Below, one piece after another: positions 1-12,603 of a DNA stretch of 64,000 bases. Origin of the DNA: Narcine bancroftii (lineage: Eukaryota); the NCBI RefSeq assembly GCF_036971445.1, contig NC_091474.1, positions 42,346,001 to 42,410,000 of the forward strand. Reading direction: 5' to 3'. The notes under the pieces were generated by a model, which saw only the letters and a list, made by a program, of their open reading frames with translations, searched no databases and was not told the origin of the DNA. The position numbers and the translations under genes were made by a program. Positions within the stretch are counted from its first letter, which is position 1; each line of letters opens with the position of its first letter.

Positions 1-2043
1 ATCCTAGAGTGATGCAACTTCAGGTGGAATAATTATTTGAATATTAATACTCTAAATGCATATTTTAACTAAATGGTTTGATTAAATAAGTTATTTCTGG
101 TTAACTATCAAACAACTCCGCAGAGAAATCAGTACAAGTCAAGAACTGCGACATCTACTTTCCTTTTGAAAAATTTGCCTCAGTTCATATGTAATAAACC
201 TGGAAATTTTGATTAAAGCATCATTAAAACCACGTTACATCAACAATTTTTTATGGTACAGCAAAATTAAAGGTATCAACCAAACTGTAAAACTTGATTT
301 AAACTGATGACAAAAGTCAATGAGTCAAGTGTGCAGATTTCCTAAATGTTGTTGGGTCACCTGGATGTCAGAAATTATGCCATTTCATCAAGTCTACAGC
401 AACCATGAAGAATGGAACATGGAAGACTCCAAGTCAAGAGCTTGCACTTGGTTCAATTAGGAAATATTAATCTGGCTTTGATTCCAAAAGATGTTAAAAA
501 AAAATTGGCCTTACTGTCATCCTTTGGAACTCCAGATATCATATCTAAATGACATTTCCTACAAGTAGACCACATCTTATGCTAGAAGAAAACACATATT
601 CATCCCTCATCACTGCCAACGTGTATGTGGTAAAAATACAGTCTAAATCAGAGTCAAGGAATAATATAGTGCACCTAAGCACATTTGTGAATGAAATAAA
701 AATGTAGTTTGATGAAAGATTTCAGCAAACAAATTCATGAAGTTGTAAGAGATCTGTTCTGCCATTGGGCGTTACGAATGCTGGACTTGTGGACACTCAT
801 ACACATGAACAGACTCCCTCTCTTAATGCCATTAAACTCAGAGGTGTGACATACATTTGTTACCTCAACCAGCAGAACTAGTTTTTTTTCTCCCTCTCTG
901 TTTTTAGAATTTGTTCTTTCTTACCAGTCTTTTCAATATTGCGAAGGTAGAGTTACCATATCAAGTGACTTCTGTGTATTTTTTAACTTAAGGACAAAAT
1001 CAACTCATGGACATTAATGAAAACCAAACCACTTTATTACATAGGGTCCACTGATAAACAGAATCATTTAAGTTTTCCTAAACTTCATAAAATCTCTCCA
1101 CTGAGGTCAATTGGATCAATAGGTACACGTCAGTGATTATACTTTACACAAGCCTCCTCCAACTTCACAATCTTCCTCTAACAGCAAAACCTGCCATTCT
1201 TTCCTTAATCATATATTCTAGCTTTCTCCTAAGGACATACATGTTATTTGCCTCAACCAGTCCCCATTGGAAGATAGTTTAATATTCTCACTGATTTCCC
1301 AATCAGTTTTATTAGTGACTGAGATCTCACCCACCTGTGAAAACAATTTTTCAATTCATATCTTATCAAACCCATTGAAGACCAATTAAGACACTACACA
1401 ATTTTGATCTCTTCCAGGACTCCAGGATTTCCCAATAAGAACATAAGAAAAAGGAGCAGAATAGGTCATGGAGCATGCTTCACCATTCAATGGCTCATCT
1501 CCATCTATAAAGGGGTAACAGTAACCCTTGATTTCTGGAATAATCTTTATTTGTTCCCCTGATATCTTAATGTTTTATGTGGAAGCTAACTTTGGAACTA
1601 AGGCGAGAATATATTCCCCATCTCCCACTGCTCTCAACATCATGTTGTTGAGACACAATTTGAACTGTGGCAATCAGCATGGAGAAGGGTCTCCCACAGT
1701 CTTTGAGGCAGGAGGTTCCAGCTTTTGGACCCAATGATGAATCCAAGTCAAGATGGTGTACCTTTTAGGGAACTCCCAGTTGTGCTATTCCTATATACCT
1801 GCCACTTTTTTTTAACTATTAATGAGGCAAGATATTGCAATATGTGCAGTCAACATTTTACAGCTTTCAACACCAGCAGTATGTTTCTTCTCCAATTCAT
1901 ATATCAAAACAAATAATATTCACCAGAATGATCCAACATATTTAAATATCAATCTTTGTGAGCAACTGCATGTCACATACTCCCCTAGATGTAGGTGTGG
2001 GATCTCAGCAGTCAATTGTACCGCTAACAACATTAATCTATGC

Positions 2044-2841
2044 CGGGGTGGCCAAACCATGGCTCATGAGCCACATGTGCAGCTCACAGAAATATGTTGG
2101 CTGAGAAAGAAATCAGACGAGCTGGCACTCACAATGGTAGTGTTAGTGGGTGTGGCTTGTGATTGAAACTATTTGGAATGTATACCATTTATACGTGTGT
2201 AATAGTCGATACCATGGAAAAGTCAACCTGCCTATTTTTAGCCTTGGCTGCCTGCCCATCTCAGCTCCTGACACCCCGACTGCCATCTCTTGCCCAGGCC
2301 CAGGCCCTGGCTACCCGCCCAACTGGAGTTCCTGACGCCCCAATCATGGACTCTTGCCTAGGCCTGGTTGCCCTCCTATCCAAGCTCCTGAAGCTCTGGC
2401 CACCCTCCCATCCAAGCTCCTGACACCCCAACCACAAACTCTTGTCTAAGCCCCAGTCACCCACCCATCCGAGCTCCTGACCACATAGACCACCCGTTCT
2501 GGCCACCCACCCTACCAAACTCACGACACACTGACTGCAGGCTTACCTGGCCACCTAAATTTTACCCTAAAAATTGGTCCACAGAATTCAACGGTTACAC
2601 GAGCAGATATGGTATGTATACTTGTTGATTATTGAAACTAATAGAAATTATCAGTTTAAAAACTACATACATGAATAAATATTATGATGTATGTATATTT
2701 CAATATTTATATAAATTTTTAGTAACAAAATGCATGTAAGAGTAAAAACGTGTATGTAATTTTTTTTCATGTTTTGCAGCTCTGAAATTTCTAAAGTTTA
2801 TCGTATGTGGTTCTTATATCAAGCAGGTTTGGCCACCCTTG
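2044..2841. mobile_element. Non-autonomous hAT DNA transposon with an 8-bp TSD
   Basis: TIRs are C(A)GGGGTGGCCAAACC at 2044 and GGTTTGGCCACCCTTG ending at 2841. The 8-mer ATCTATGC flanks both ends (2036-2043 and 2842-2849). Confidence 0.88.
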
Positions 2842-2961
2842 ATCTATGCAGCCTTCTTAAAAACTGAAGGAAAAAGCACTCATTGAAGACATCTCCCAGT
2901 ATATTTTCACTGGAAATGTAAGATGTGAAAGATGGTTCCACATGAATTACATCCTGATTTC

Positions 2962-4480
2962 AAAATTTAGATTTATTGTCAGAGTACATGGATGACATTA
3001 TATACAACCCTGAGATTCTTTCTCCTATGGACCAGAATTTTTACTTATTGGTAGTGAAAAAAAATTCTGTACTCAAGAAAAGATAGGTCTACAAAAGAAA
3101 GAAATACACACAGGAAGGACGTGCAAACAAACTGCACAATACAGAAAATAAATATTCAATAACAATTAAGGTGCAATGTAAGAGCCCTTAATTGAGTCTC
3201 GATTTGAGTTTGTTGTTAAAGAGTCTGATGGTGGACGGTAGCAACAGTCTTGTGGCACCTATAATACTTCTTTCCTATTCATAACAGGGAGAACAGAGCA
3301 CGTCCTGGTTGGTGTAGATCTTTGAAGATCGCTGCTGCTCTTTAACGGCATCGTTCCATGTGGATTTTCTCAACGAAGGGGAGAGTTTTGCCTGTGATGT
3401 ACTGACTTTTGGAGTGCTTTCTAGTCAGAGGTATTGGTGCCCCATACCTGGCAATGATGCAGCACACACATCTGTAGAAGTTTGCAAAGGTTTCCGATAT
3501 TACACCAAACCTCCACAATCTCCTGAGGAAGTGGAGGGACTGATGTGCTTTCTTCATGATGGCATTGGTATGTTGGCACCAGGATATTGAGATCCTCTGA
3601 GATATTGACTCCCAGTAATTTACATTTGCTCACCCATTTCACCGCTGATCCCCCAATGATCACTGGATCATACACTTCTGGTTTTCCTTTCCTTAAGTCT
3701 ACAATCAGTTCCTTGATTTTGATAATATTTTAAATTTTTTTTAAAATTTAAACATACAGCAAGGTCCAGGCTCTTTTGGCCCATGAGCCCATGCCACCCA
3801 ATTACACTCAATTAACCTACACCTCCAGCACGTTTTGAACAATGGGAGGAAAATGGAGACCCCGGGGAAAACATACAAACTCCTTACAGTCAGTGCAAGG
3901 TCCCGATCACTGGCACTGAAACGCTGCTGCACTAACCACTCTGCCAACTGTGCTGCACACTGAGTTGAGATTGTTGTTAGTACTCCATTCTCCCAAGTTT
4001 TCAATTTCCCTCCTGTATGTGGACTCACCCCCCTTTTTTATTCAAACCACTTCCGTGGTATGAACAGCAAATCTGTAAATAGTTTTGTTGATGTACCAAG
4101 CCATGCAGTAATAGGTGTAAAGTGAGTAGAGCAGGGGTCGAATTGTGCAGCCCTGTGGTGCTGTTGGAGAATGTTTTTGCCAATTCACACTGATTGGGGT
4201 CTGGAGGTAAGGAATCCAGGATCCAATTACACCGTGGGGTATTGAAGCCCAGGTCTTGGAGCTTGCTGTTTAGTTCTGAGGGGATGATGGTGTTGAATGC
4301 CAAACTAAAGTCAATAGAAAACAACCTGATTTATACTTCTTTGCTGCTCATGGATTTGTGTAGAGCCAGTGAGATGGCGTCTGCCACATCGATCTTTTGC
4401 TGTGGTAGGCATCGCTCAGGCAGGAGCTGATATGCTTCAGCATCAGCCTTTCAAAACTCTTCATTACCGTTGATGTGAGT
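2962..4480 (-). mobile_element. Rex1/Babar-type LINE, degenerate 3' part of RT, interrupted by a SINE
   Basis: Minus-strand peptides IDFSLAFNTIIPSELNSKLQDLG..CNWILD, KLLGVNISEDL and KKAHQSLHFLRRLWRFG are typical of this LINE's RT C-terminus. The frame is broken. Confidence 0.8.
3738..3957 (-). mobile_element. tRNA-derived SINE (HE1/V-SINE-like)
   Basis: The reverse complement starts GCAGCACAGTTGGCAGAGTGGTTAGTG (A-box-like), has the CTGTAAGGAGTTTGTATGTT core, and ends in a CR1-like 3' end plus AT tail. Same family at about 7.1, 9.0, 33.3, 37.3 and 48.0 kb. Confidence 0.8.
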
Positions 4481-4589
4481 GTCTTCTGTCTCAATCTATA
4501 GGGCACCCACTATAACTCTGACTAATTTTCCTTTCAAGATACCCCTAGAAGCTTATACAGCCTTTTTACGTGTTCTTTTTATATTTCTC

Positions 4590-5110
4590 ACGACATGACT
4601 ACAAATTTACCAATGACACCACATTGTCGACAGAATCACAAACAGCAATGAGGAAGCATACAGGAGGGAGATCGATCAGCTTATTGAATGGTGGCACACC
4701 AGCACCTTGCACACAACGTTAGCAAAGCTAAGGAGATGATTGTGGACTTCAGGAGGAAGTCAGGGGCACACGACCCAGTTCTCATTGAGGGCTCAGTAGT
4801 GGAGAAGGTCAAGAACTTCAAATGCCAACATCTCCGACGATTTGTCCTGCAGCCTCCATGTTGATGCAATCACGAAGAAGGCTTGCCAGCGGCTATATTT
4901 TGTGAGGTGTTTGAGGAAATTTGGTATGTCACCGAAGACTCTGATAAATTTCTACAGGTGTACCGTGGAGAGCATTCTGGCTGGTTGCACCACTACCTGG
5001 TATGGAGGCGCCAACTCTCAGGACAAGAATAAATTTCAGAGGGTTGTTAATCTGGCCTGTGACATCACAGGCACCAGACTTCACTCCATCGAGGATACCT
5101 ACATGAGGCA
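4590..5110 (+). mobile_element. Rex1/Babar-type LINE RT fragment
   Basis: YKFTNDT (decayed FADD), KAKEMIVDFRRK, and ORF 4842-5174 KKACQRLYFVRCLRKFGMSPKTLINFYRCTVESILAGCTTTWYG. Confidence 0.82.
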
Positions 5111-5485
5111 GAATAATTCGATGAAAGAGATTTGGGGAAGTTTTTCAGAACTTTTTGTTTACACAATTTTGTGAGTTTTATCAGTATTTATTGGTTTGTT
5201 AATAGCATTTTAATTCAATTGCAGGAACTCTATTACTTAAAGAGAGACCATAGATGTCTCTGCCAGCCAGAGAAAACCTTCCATCCTAATCCCAGTTTCC
5301 AGCCCTAGATCTGAAGCCACGAAAATAAATATAATGAAGGTTTCAGTCCCCACCCCCTTTCCAGTCAGCGGAGTTTCAGACTCCAACCCCTTCTACATCA
5401 AAGGGTTTTTCTCATCTTGCTCTTCTTTAAGTCAACACTCTTTGATTTTGGCCCCTCCATTAACGGAAGTAGATTCTTTCTATTT

Positions 5486-6180
5486 CTCTTTGGCTTGGCT
5501 TCGCGGACGAAGATTTATGGAGGGGGTAAAAGTCCACATCAGCTGCAGGCTCGATTGTGGCTGACAAGTCCGATGCGGGACAGGCAGACACGATTGCAGC
5601 GGTTGCAGGGGAAAATTGGTTGGTTGGGGTTGGGTGTTGGGTTTTTCCTCCTTTGTCTTTTGTCAATGAGGTGGGCTCTGCGGTCTTCTTCAAAGGAGGT
5701 TGCTGCCCGCCGAACTGTGAGGCGCCAAGATGCACGGTTTGAGGCGATATCAGCCCACTGGCGGTGGTCAATGTGGCAGGCACCAAGAGATTTCTTTAGG
5801 CAGTCCTTGTACCTCTTCTTTGGTGCACCTCTGTCACAGTGGCCAGTGGAGAGCTCGCCATATAACACGATCTTGGGAAGGTGATGGTCCTCCATTCTGG
5901 AGATGTGACCTACCCAGCACTGTTGGATCTTCAGCAGCGTGGACTCGATGTTGTCGGCCTCTGCCATCTCAAGTACTTCGATGTTGGTGATGAAGTCGCT
6001 CCAATGAATGTTGAGGATGGAGCGGAGACAACACTGGTGGAAGCGTTCTAGGAGCCGTAGGTGATGCCGGTAGAGGACCCATGATTCAGAGCCGAACAGG
6101 AGTGTGGGTATGACAACGGCTCTATATGCTTATCTTTGTGAGGTTTTTCAGTTGGTTGTTTTTCCAGACTCTTTTGTGTA
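5486..6180 (-). mobile_element. RTE-clade LINE, 5'-truncated (AviRTE-like family)
   Basis: ORF 5539-5967 encodes RMEDHHLPKIVLYGEL..RGAPKKRYKDCLK..CNRCNRVCLSRIGLVSH. The 3' end CGCGAAGCCAAGCCAAAG is shared with six other copies. Confidence 0.92.
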
Positions 6181-7000
6181 TTTACCAGTACTCTATCTAC
6201 ACAATTCATAATTTTAACTACTTCAACTATCTTTCACACCAATCTCCTCTCTTTTAAAGATAATCGAGATGATCTCATAGCTTCATCATAATAAATTCCA
6301 CCACACCTTCCCTGGTTCAATCATGTCTTCCTGTAGTGTGTTAACCAGAACTACTCGCAGGACTCCAGCTGTAAACTATTGAAAGTATCCATGATAGATT
6401 GTCCAATTCAGGTTCTAGCTATAACTTTTCTGTTCTTATATTCTATGACTTATCTGATAAAGGAACCTCTTAATCACATTACAACTTGCTCTGCTATCTT
6501 TCAGGATATGAGACATACATTCCAAGGACCTTCTGTTCCTTTAACACTCCTCCTTATCCTCCTTGTTTATGCCTTGTTATCCTTTGCACGAACCCAAATG
6601 CTTCACCTCATAGTTGTCTGGATTCAATTTCATTTGATATTTTTTCTGCCCAACTCGACCAGCTATATCTTGCAATCTTAGGCTAGTATCCCCATATTAT
6701 CAACCACAGGGCCAAGTTTTGTATCAGCTGATACCTTCCTCATCATACCTCCTATATTTAAGTCAAAATCATTAACATGTTTGACAGACAGCAAGGGTCT
6801 GCGGCTGAGCACTGTGGAACCTTATTTTTAATAACTAGCCAGTCATAAACATGCCTGTCATTGGGCCAATTTGTATCCATTTTGGCACTCTCCATTGAAT
6901 CTCATGCATTTTAACATCTTGATCAATCTTGCTGTATCGAACAACAAAAGCCTAAGTAATTCTACATAGATTACATCAAATGAATCTTCCTTCAAAAAAG
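6181..7000 (-). mobile_element. Old CR1 LINE fragment
   Basis: Degenerate RT C-terminus and 3' region similar to the other CR1 copies in the window (reverse complement includes CAGTTCTGGTT..CACTACAGGAAG). Confidence 0.6.
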
Positions 7001-7039
7001 TTCATTGATAAATGCAGAATTTTACAATTTTTTTAGATT

Positions 7040-7232
7040 TTAAATTTAAATGTTTTAATTTAAATGTAGACATATGGCAAGGTGACAGGCCCTTTCAGAC
7101 CATGAGCCGGTGCTGCCCCAATTACCCTACAACACCCAGTACATTTCGAATGGTGGGAGAAAAATAGAGCCCCTGGGGAAAACCCACGCAGATATGGGGA
7201 GAACGTACCAACTCCTTAGAGACAATGCAGGA
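7040..7232 (-). mobile_element. HE1/V-SINE-like SINE fragment
   Basis: Similar to the SINE at 3738-3957 (GGAAAACCCACGCAG..GGGAGAACGTAC.AACTCCTTA). Confidence 0.75.
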
Positions 7233-7694
7233 TGACTCTCCTTAATGTCCTTTTCTTAGTGAATGTTGATAATAGTCTCTCAGAAGTGATTTTAATCTTG
7301 CGCTCACGAGAAAGTTAAACCAACTGGCACAGAATTGCATGGTTTGTCCCTCTATATAAAAAAAAAGTACAACATAAGCAGTCCTAAAAACCTGCATCAT
7401 TAGCTCTGACACGACATAAAAATGAAATAGCTGATTAAAGTCTCTACAATTTCCTTCTTTGATTCCTTTAACAGTCTAAGATTTACTTCTGGGTTCTGGC
7501 GGCCAATTTATTCAATATCAAGCACAATGAACCACATTAATTCCTCCTCTCTTGCTTTGCTTATTTGTCCTTAACTTCAATATCGACATTGTCACATTTT
7601 CCAATTAAAAGGCACAATGAGAATCTTATCCAAACCCACCACCTCCACAATGGATACCATTCTGGCCCACAATACGTTCACGTTCTCCTGATGC

Positions 7695-8730
7695 TTTTTT
7701 TAAATACTTTATTTAAAATAAAACCACTTAGCAAACATATCACAATATTTCAAACTTAATCCAAATACATGTGGTATTTTACAAACAAGAAAAAAGAGAG
7801 TAAAGAAATACAAAAGAAAGAAAAACTTCCTATTAATCCCCACCCCCCTCCCCCAACCCTCTGCAAACGAAAAAAGAAGAGGGACAAGAAAACCATTTTC
7901 TGATACTTTTAAACATACAAATATTTATAAAGACCTATAAGAGAAAGGGTATGTTCGAGCTTCATTTAAATTTTAATACCAACAGTTTGTAAATATGGGC
8001 TTGTAGTGAGGTTCCTACGACTACAGCTGGGTTATAGCTCACAGTTATAGCCCTAAGGTGGTAGCTCGAATCCACAGGAGAAGAAAGACACACAAATCAG
8101 TAGAGAGTATTTGACACTGAGTTTATTCAGTGGCAGCTCTGCCACGTCACCACCAGGGCATGGCTTGAGTGGGCCAGCTGCTGATTGGTTACCTCGGATG
8201 CTTGGGCCCCGATTGGGCCCCCTGCGATCCACCGACAGTGATTGGCCAGTTTCACTGCTCTGCCGACGGAAATGGGCATTTCAGCCCACACAATGCTTTT
8301 CCGGTCACTGCGTTCAACAGCCATTTCCTGTATCAGCCCAAGGCGCAGGCCAAGGGCCGCTACAGGCTCCATATTTTACAAAATGTATGATATTTATCTC
8401 TTAAATTATGTAATTTTCTCAAGTGGAATACAATTCTGAACTTCTGCATGCCATCTATCCATTCCCAAATCAGTATCTGACTTCCAAGTTATAGCAATAC
8501 ATTTTCTATCCATTGGCAAAGCAATTTGAACAAATTTTACTTGATACATATTCAGTTTTAATTTAGGTTTAATCCCTCTAATATTTCCGAGTAAAAATAA
8601 CATCGGATCCTGTGGGAGTCTTACTCCAATTATTTGTTCTAATAAATTACCTATTTCAAGTCAAAAGAGGTTTAATTGTGAAACACTGCCAAATTGAATG
8701 CAAAAAAGTACCAACTTCTTGTCCACTAAC
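7695..8730 (-). mobile_element. L1-clade LINE 3' fragment, split by a solo LTR
   Basis: T-run and TTTATT at about 7700 mark the poly-A end on the minus strand. Peptide ALPMDRKCIAITWKSD..RWHAEVQNCIPLEKIT resembles an L1 ORF2 C-terminus. Confidence 0.72.
8002..8364 (-). mobile_element. Solo LTR (probably Gypsy) with a 4-bp TSD
   Basis: Ends are TGTAG...CTACA, with GGCT on both sides (7998-8001 and 8365-8368). The minus strand has three CCAAT boxes and an AATAAA (TTTATT at about 8122). GC/CpG-rich relative to the flanks. Confidence 0.85.
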
Positions 8731-8964
8731 CTGATACTCTATGTGGTTATTAAATGTACAGAATATTTTTGAATACTTGAATATTTTTGCCAATACCTTT
8801 GCATGCTTTCCTAAAATGCTTTCAATTTTGCTCGTACACTTTGTTTACTTGTTTTGCAATGTTAAACTCTCAGCTTCTGACATAACTTTCCCTCTTTTTG
8901 CCTCCTGTGCATCTGGTCATCCCAAGGAATTTGCATTTTATAGTTCAATCTTGTTTTGCTTTAT

Positions 8965-9197
8965 TTACAACACCGTAGAAGCCAATTCTGGCCATTGAAA
9001 CCCGTGCCATCTAATTACACCCAGTTAATCTACAACCCCGTACGTTTGGAGGGTAGGCCAAAACCAGACCATCCAGGAAAAACCCATGCAAATCATGGAG
9101 AGAAGGTAAAAATCCTAACAGACAACACCAGATTTGACACCAGGTCCTTGGCACTGTAATAGTGTTGTGTTAACCGCTAAGCTAAGCCACGCTGCCC
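8965..9197 (-). mobile_element. HE1/V-SINE-like SINE
   Basis: The reverse complement begins GGGCAGCGTGGCTTAGCTTAGCGGTTAACAC, with B-box-like GGTGTCAAATC. Similar to the other SINE copies. Confidence 0.75.
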
Positions 9198-10724
9198 TTT
9201 GTGGTAACAAGTTTAGCCTGATCTATTTAAATTTTGCTGCCTCCTTCTCCTCTGACACATACCTAGATCCAAGTTGCTGCTTACAACCACCTCTGGCCTT
9301 CTTCAGTTTCGAGCTTCATCTCCAACATCATCTTTGTCTTTTGCTTCATAATGCTAAATCTATCTGAACTGAGGTCAGAAATGTACACCTACTGATGCTC
9401 CAGATTTCTTTCTTTCAGCAAAATCTAGAATTGCTCACCACCTCCCTTGTTGAGCTTGCTAATAACTGGCTACAATATCCTTCTGAACTCAGTTTAAGGA
9501 TACTACGCCCTCCGCATCTTTCATACGGACTGTGTCCTTATCAAAAAGATAATTAAAATGCTTCCTATTACTGATTTTTTTCATGCTCCCTATATTCAAA
9601 CATAAATCCTTAATATAAGGAACAGAAAGCACGAGACTGAATATTGAGCAGCGTGTAATCTCACTGATAACAGTCGCAATTAACCAACTCTACTTGCCTC
9701 TTGCCACTGCTATTTGGCACTTGTCAGAAATTTGCTTAAGCTTGTTCTCAATGTCTCCCCCAAACTATTTGGAAATTTGCAGTACACTCCCAGCAGCGTT
9801 ATTGCCCCTTATTTCATGGCTTAGGTTTCTGCTCATTACTCACTCTGTGTGATTTGTTCATGTTATCAGTTGTATTTTTGATAATTTAGCAGATAAGTGA
9901 TAATTTGAGACAAGCAGTTTGCCCTCTGGACTTGCAAATTGTGTGATAAGAGAAAAATGAACACATGCAATATAGAAAAACAGCTTGCATTTAAAGAATC
10001 ACCTTTCACAAAGTCTAATGGCCCAAGGGAATTTCATAGGAGAATAATCAAACAAAATTTGATGTGGGGAAAAAACGAAAATGCAAGGACAGGTACCAAA
10101 AACTGGTATACCGTATTTATAATTCTAAACATTCATTCACTCTTAGTTCAGATGTACTGCTTTAAATTCAACTTGTGCATATCAGATGTACAACAGACTG
10201 AACTATTAATTGCCAGATTGGCTCAATCACATCAAGTTACACCATGTTTCTTCTATTCCACGAACACGTATCATTTTAGTGAGTCAAAGCATTGCTTGAC
10301 TACTTTTCCCCTCCATCAACTATATTCCTAAACCACTTCTCCCTTCCCTTCAAGAGCAAGTGCAAAGAGCTCATGTTTTTAATTAACTTCTCAGATCTGG
10401 GTGTCACTGACAGGGGAACAGCTACTTTTATAAGGCAATGGTGAGTCGCTTTCTAAGACTGCTACTATCCTGCTTGTGAAGGTACTCTCGCAACTCAAAG
10501 AACAGACTGTTTCAGGATTTACACCCATTGACAATGAAAGATCAGTGATAAATTGCCAGTTGAGAGGGTTCGCAACCTTATCAAAAAGAGAGGAACACTA
10601 AACATTCAATTCAATCTCTTCCTTCTCCCCAGTTCTTGATTCCGCTCTTCACTTCCTTCTGTGAATGCTTTTAACATCATCAATCAGGGAGGAGCTAGTT
10701 TGTGTGCTCATGAAGAAGCAAATT

Positions 10725-10902
10725 CTTTATGTTGAATGTTTATTGGTTTTGGAGGAGGATGGAAAGAGGGGAGGGAAGGTGAGGGGGGGGGAGGGGGAAA
10801 TGGGAGAAAATACCACTGTGTATATTTAAGAGGGAAATGTTTGTAGGTATTTTGGTTGATATGGTTCACAGTGTGAAAAATTAAAAAAATTATTTAAAAA
10901 AA
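10725..10902 (+). mobile_element. L1-clade LINE 3' UTR/tail fragment
   Basis: G-rich tract, then CACTGTGTATATTTAAGAGGGAAATGTTTG..TATGGTTCACAGTGTGAAAAA and an A-rich tail. Matches the reverse complement of 50641-50790. Confidence 0.72.
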
Positions 10903-10961
10903 TAATGAATTTCTTAAGAGGTGATTTCTTTGTTTTGGGAAGGGGTTCACCACACAATTCA

Positions 10962-11343
10962 AGCTGCATCATGTCCTCACAGCTCTTGAACTCAATATCC
11001 CAACTAAAGAAGGCCAACACACCATATGCCTTCTTAATTACCCTATCAACTTGCATAGCAACCATGAAGGATCTATGGACCTGGATCCCAAGATTTCTTT
11101 GTACCTCCACACTATTAAGAATCCCGCTATTAACTACATTCTCCACCTTCAACTTTGACCTACCAAAGTGAATCACTTCACACCAAGACAGATTGAACTC
11201 CATCTGCCACTTCTCCTCCCAACTCTGCATCCTTTCTATATCTAGATGTTTCTAATTTGTCGAACTCTGTAATTTTTTAATTTTTGTTTAAATGTTGCAT
11301 ATGTCTGCTCTTTCCTGTCTGATATTGGAATTGATAATGACCA
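10962..11343 (-). repeat. Left arm of an inverted duplication (CR1 RT fragment plus about 105 bp of AT-rich flank)
   Basis: Close reverse complement of 12604-12986. ORF MQSWEEKWQMEFNLSWCEVIHFGRSK matches MQSWVEKWQMKFNLSWCEVIHFGRSK of the other arm. Confidence 0.9.
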
Positions 11344-11391
11344 GAATGTTTTGCACAGGCAAAAGTTAGCAGCCAGATTGTATTGGTGGGT

Positions 11392-11575
11392 CTTTGGCTT
11401 GGCTTCGCGGACGAAGATTTATGGAGGGGGTAAAAAGTCCACGTCAGCTGCAGGCTCGTTTGTGGCTGACAAGTCCGATGCGGGACAGGCAGACACGATT
11501 GCAGCGGTTGCAGGGGAAAATTGGTTGGTTGGGGTTGGGTGTTGGGTTTTTCCTCCTTTGCCTTTTGTCAGTGAG
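11392..11575 (-). mobile_element. RTE (AviRTE-like) extreme 3' fragment
   Basis: LTDKRQRRKNPTPNPNQPIFPCNRCNRVCLSRIGLVSHKRACS plus the family 3' end. Confidence 0.9.
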
Positions 11576-11773
11576 TACCACACTCTTAACCAGCATTCTA
11601 TTACAGAGAGTGGGCCAGAGACCAATAGGTGGATCTATGACATGTGGAGTGGGCAGGGAGGGAAAGAAAAAGATCGCGAGAGCTATGGTGAGCAAGAATT
11701 TCCAAGTTAAGGGAGCACACAGTCATTTCTGCAGCCATGCACTGAATCCAAGAAGTTATGTTGCCTCTGGTTA

Positions 11774-12559
11774 TACTGGACAACAAAGATTTTGCTTCCT
11801 CTGAACACGTTAGGGTGTATTTCATGGATTTGGGGGTACTGATCACAAAAATTACATTTTCCTGTCACATACCATTTTTTAGATGTAACCTATTTTTGTA
11901 ATTTCCTGTCATATTTTAAATCTACTAGTGTATCGTCCACAATGCAAGCTGTTTTTATCAGTCCAAATGTGCCTGAGCATGAATTCAGTGCAGATGCTAT
12001 GCAAATGATGTCTTAGGCCAGGGCATGTTTAGTCTGGATAGATGCAGATAGGCTACAAATTCAGCTCACATATACAGATGGTGTGCATTACTTTGATTAC
12101 AGATTGAATGCATTTTGATGTACATGTTCTTCAGGCAGTAGCTTAGTGAGTGCATTTAATAATAGCATATATTATCTTCAGAAAGATTCAATACAGCAGA
12201 AATGCCTCGTCAGTGTTGCAACAGCATTCTGTTACATTTCTGGCGAGTATACGCTTAAGGCTCAAAGACGCAGCATGACTGCACTTACTAAGAAAACCTA
12301 AGAGCTCTACTTTATTGTAAAATTGGTGACCAAGACATCAGAAGCTGAGTACAAACAAAAATCAGTGACAAAACATTTGTCAGCATCATTATGTGATTAA
12401 ACATGCTAAATTCAATAAAAGTTCATTTAATGTTAATCCAATTTCCTACGTGATACAGAAAATCTGAAATGATCTTTGTGTTCATCTTAGTTGTCTATCT
12501 TAATCCCCATTTTTTTTCCAGGATGCATACCATTTGAAAAATAAATTTGTTGTCCAGTG
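11774..12559 (+). mobile_element. Chapaev3 (CMC superfamily) deletion derivative retaining the transposase N-terminus
   Basis: TIRs (T/C)ACTGGACAACAAA ... TTTGTTGTCCAGTG, flanked by TTA/TTT. From 12202 a broken frame reads MPRQCCNS/FCYISGEYTLKAQRRSMT..ELYF/CKIGDQD, fused to the C-terminal remnant AEYKQKS. Confidence 0.8.
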
Positions 12560-12603
12560 TTTTCACAAAGCAAGTACAAAACATTCTGGAGAGCCAGGGC
12601 TTG

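Noticed and set aside
3900-3957. tRNA gene
   Set aside because: It is only the decayed tRNA-derived head of a SINE with no cloverleaf; the same holds for the other SINE copies.
2962-5110. Inverted Rex1 fragments as a single twin-primed insertion
   Set aside because: The two fragments overlap in RT coordinates and differ substantially in sequence, so they look like independent insertions.
5417-5884. Recurrent ORFs MASRTKIY.., MVPATLTT.., MHGLRR.. and MADKSDAG.. resembling a gene family
   Set aside because: They are alternative or antisense frames of the repeated RTE 3' end.
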